A DNA stretch of 64,000 nt from Calditrichia bacterium (GTDB lineage Bacteria; Calditrichota; Calditrichia; JAJRVZ01), in assembly GCA_963796965.1 (NCBI GenBank), contig CAWCNS010000005.1:704001-768000 (forward strand). Direction: 5' to 3'. The notes under the pieces were generated by a model. The model did not search any database. It had not been told where the DNA came from and saw only the letters and a program-made list of their open reading frames with translations. Shown piece after piece: positions 62,303 to 64,000 of this stretch. How positions within the stretch are numbered: the first letter of the stretch is position 1; each line of letters opens with the position of its first letter. The translations under genes and the position numbers were made by a program.

Positions 62303-64000
62303 CTAATCAGATAAGTATGCAAGTATATTAAACAACAACCTTGCCGCCACCGGATCCTTCTCCGCCTGGTTTAATTCCATCTCAGATGCGATAATTTTTC
62401 CTTTTCCTTCTTCAAATTCAACCAGAGGATACCCGGTCATTTCATATAATTGATAGGTTGGATTTCCCAGATAGACATGCGGTCGTAGAAATGTCACCAA
62501 TTTGCTGATATTCTTTTCGCTTCGAAATCTATAGGATCTCCGGCAGGCCCTGGGTTTCTCACGACCATTCATCTGCCACCAGGCCAATTCATTACTTTCT
62601 AATCCTGAAAAGACCGGGTGTTCTGGAATTCTCATATTAGTAATTCGCCCCTTCCGCTCATAAATGGATTCAACCTCATAATAATAGAGCCACTTAAGAT
62701 GCTTGCCAGGGTGAATAAGTAAGGTATTCAATCCATTTCCGGCCATACGTCGGACATCCTCCCAACTATAGGGCACCTCATTGTCCGAGTCCAGATTAGC
62801 GACAACGAGAACATCCATTTCTCTTGTTCTAATCTCAGTTAAATCCTTTAAAGTAAAAAAGGAGACACCAAATAAATCGAATATCCGTTTTGTCTCGCCA
62901 GTTAGATCAAACAAGCCAATTTTCTTTTCCTTTAATAAGGCAATGTCCTTCGTCCATTCATTACTACTCACTAATATGTCATAAACATTTGTGCTAATCT
63001 GTTCATCATTTTCGTACAGCGTTAACTCGAGGGCACAATTTACTTTTGAAACAGGAAGTTTATCAGGCAGATCAATTCTAATTTTCTTTCCCTTTGAAGC
63101 GTAATAGGGTGTGTTCTCAAACTCATCTTCACCCTTACTAAGCACCTTGTCTGCCAAGGTGATTTTCCAGGATAATTTAAGATTAGTCAGGTCACCACGA
63201 GTTAGATCATGATGAACAATATATACCAGCGGTTCGATTGTGGAACCTGTCCAGAAATGACGCCCAAATAATTCTGCACTTACCAGGACCGGTTTGAAGG
63301 CATTTTCTACGGCTGCATAAACCGGGTAAGGTTCAATCTTATCGGTGTTCCATACATTGCGGAACCAACAGGTGTTGGCAAACAACAGGAATCCTGCCGT
63401 TTCGGGTGCTGTACGGCGAATTACTTCCGCTAATTCCTTTGTCATAAATGCATGCCGTTCTAATCCATAGGCCGGATCATGGTCTTCCCATGCCCAGTCA
63501 CCAACAAATGCCTGGGGCACATGATGTTTCTCTATATATTTTCTCGTAAAATGCCCTTCATCATTATTGGGGTAGCCGGTTGATACTTCCTGTGAAAAAA
63601 AAGGACGATCAGGATTGGCTCCGGGCGTCCAATAGATCCGCCGGGTCCATTCACCCTCATAGATTTGAAAAAAGTCCCGGTTGTACCAGTTAAAATAGAT
63701 ATGGCGGTCATCCAAATCGCCATCATCAATGCCATGTGGTTTGAGGTTCTGCTCATAATCTTCTGGCAAACGGTCATATCCCGAATCGGCACTAATGGGA
63801 AGACCGGGAATAATTTTCCGTACCTCCTTTATAACATCTGAAAGATATTGCCATTTCTTGAGTCGCACATCTTTGGGATCATTATGATAAAACATGGTGA
63901 AATACATTTCGTTATTCATCGTCCATACCAGAAGAGAGGGATGGTTTCGGTATTTTCGCGCCAGGGCGATGGTTTCTTCTTTCCAGACATCCAGCAATTC
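62303..64000 (-). CDS. GH2-like glycoside hydrolase, C-terminal part (starts beyond the window)
   Basis: YRNHPSLLVWTMNNE (acid/base) and FFSQE (probable nucleophile). Confidence 0.8.
   Translation of the reverse strand, partial: ELLDVWKEETIALARKYRNHPSLLVWTMNNEMYFTMFYHNDPKDVRLKKWQYLSDVIKEVRKIIPGLPISADSGYDRLPEDYEQNLKPHGIDDGDLDDRHIYFNWYNRDFFQIYEGEWTRRIYWTPGANPDRPFFSQEVSTGYPNNDEGHFTRKYIEKHHVPQAFVGDWAWEDHDPAYGLERHAFMTKELAEVIRRTAPETAGFLLFANTCWFRNVWNTDKIEPYPVYAAVENAFKPVLVSAELFGRHFWTGSTIEPLVYIVHHDLTRGDLTNLKLSWKITLADKVLSKGEDEFENTPYYASKGKKIRIDLPDKLPVSKVNCALELTLYENDEQISTNVYDILVSSNEWTKDIALLKEKKIGLFDLTGETKRIFDLFGVSFFTLKDLTEIRTREMDVLVVANLDSDNEVPYSWEDVRRMAGNGLNTLLIHPGKHLKWLYYYEVESIYERKGRITNMRIPEHPVFSGLESNELAWWQMNGREKPRACRRSYRFRSEKNISKLVTFLRPHVYLGNPTYQLYEMTGYPLVEFEEGKGKIIASEMELNQAEKDPVAARLLFNILAYLSD

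Overview
Bacterial window whose roughly 45 real genes all lie on the minus strand. The TonB receptor, T9SS-type cargo and PorV-family genes, lipoproteins and CAZymes suggest an FCB-affiliated lineage such as KSB1 or Calditrichota (inference). Many genes are split by single-base indels, mostly in homopolymers, which look like long-read errors. Contents: (1) 1-8 kb: GH106-like hydrolase, UroD-family, ankyrin, two TPM proteins, EamA. (2) 8-15.5 kb: signalling cluster with a fragmented hybrid kinase, a REC-kinase and a REC-AAA-4Fe-4S membrane protein that carries a duplicated REC. (3) 17.6-21.6 kb: decaying integron cassette array with four attC-like sites and no integrase in the window (RelE-type toxin-antitoxin pair, aldo-keto reductase, LigB-type dioxygenase, an ORF-less cassette, DUF2161). 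(4) 22-47 kb: CAZyme and sulfatase cluster. (5) 47.6-61 kb: TonB receptor, T9SS cargo, PorV, endoglycoceramidase-like GH5, class II aldolase, class III aminotransferase, SCP2 lipid carrier and FGGY kinase. I propose (inference) that block 5 is an undescribed glycosphingolipid/phytosphingosine catabolic route: transamination, then C1 phosphorylation, then retro-aldol cleavage to DHAP plus a fatty aldehyde. Intergenic spacers are filled with at least seven families of short palindromic or periodic elements, some nested.
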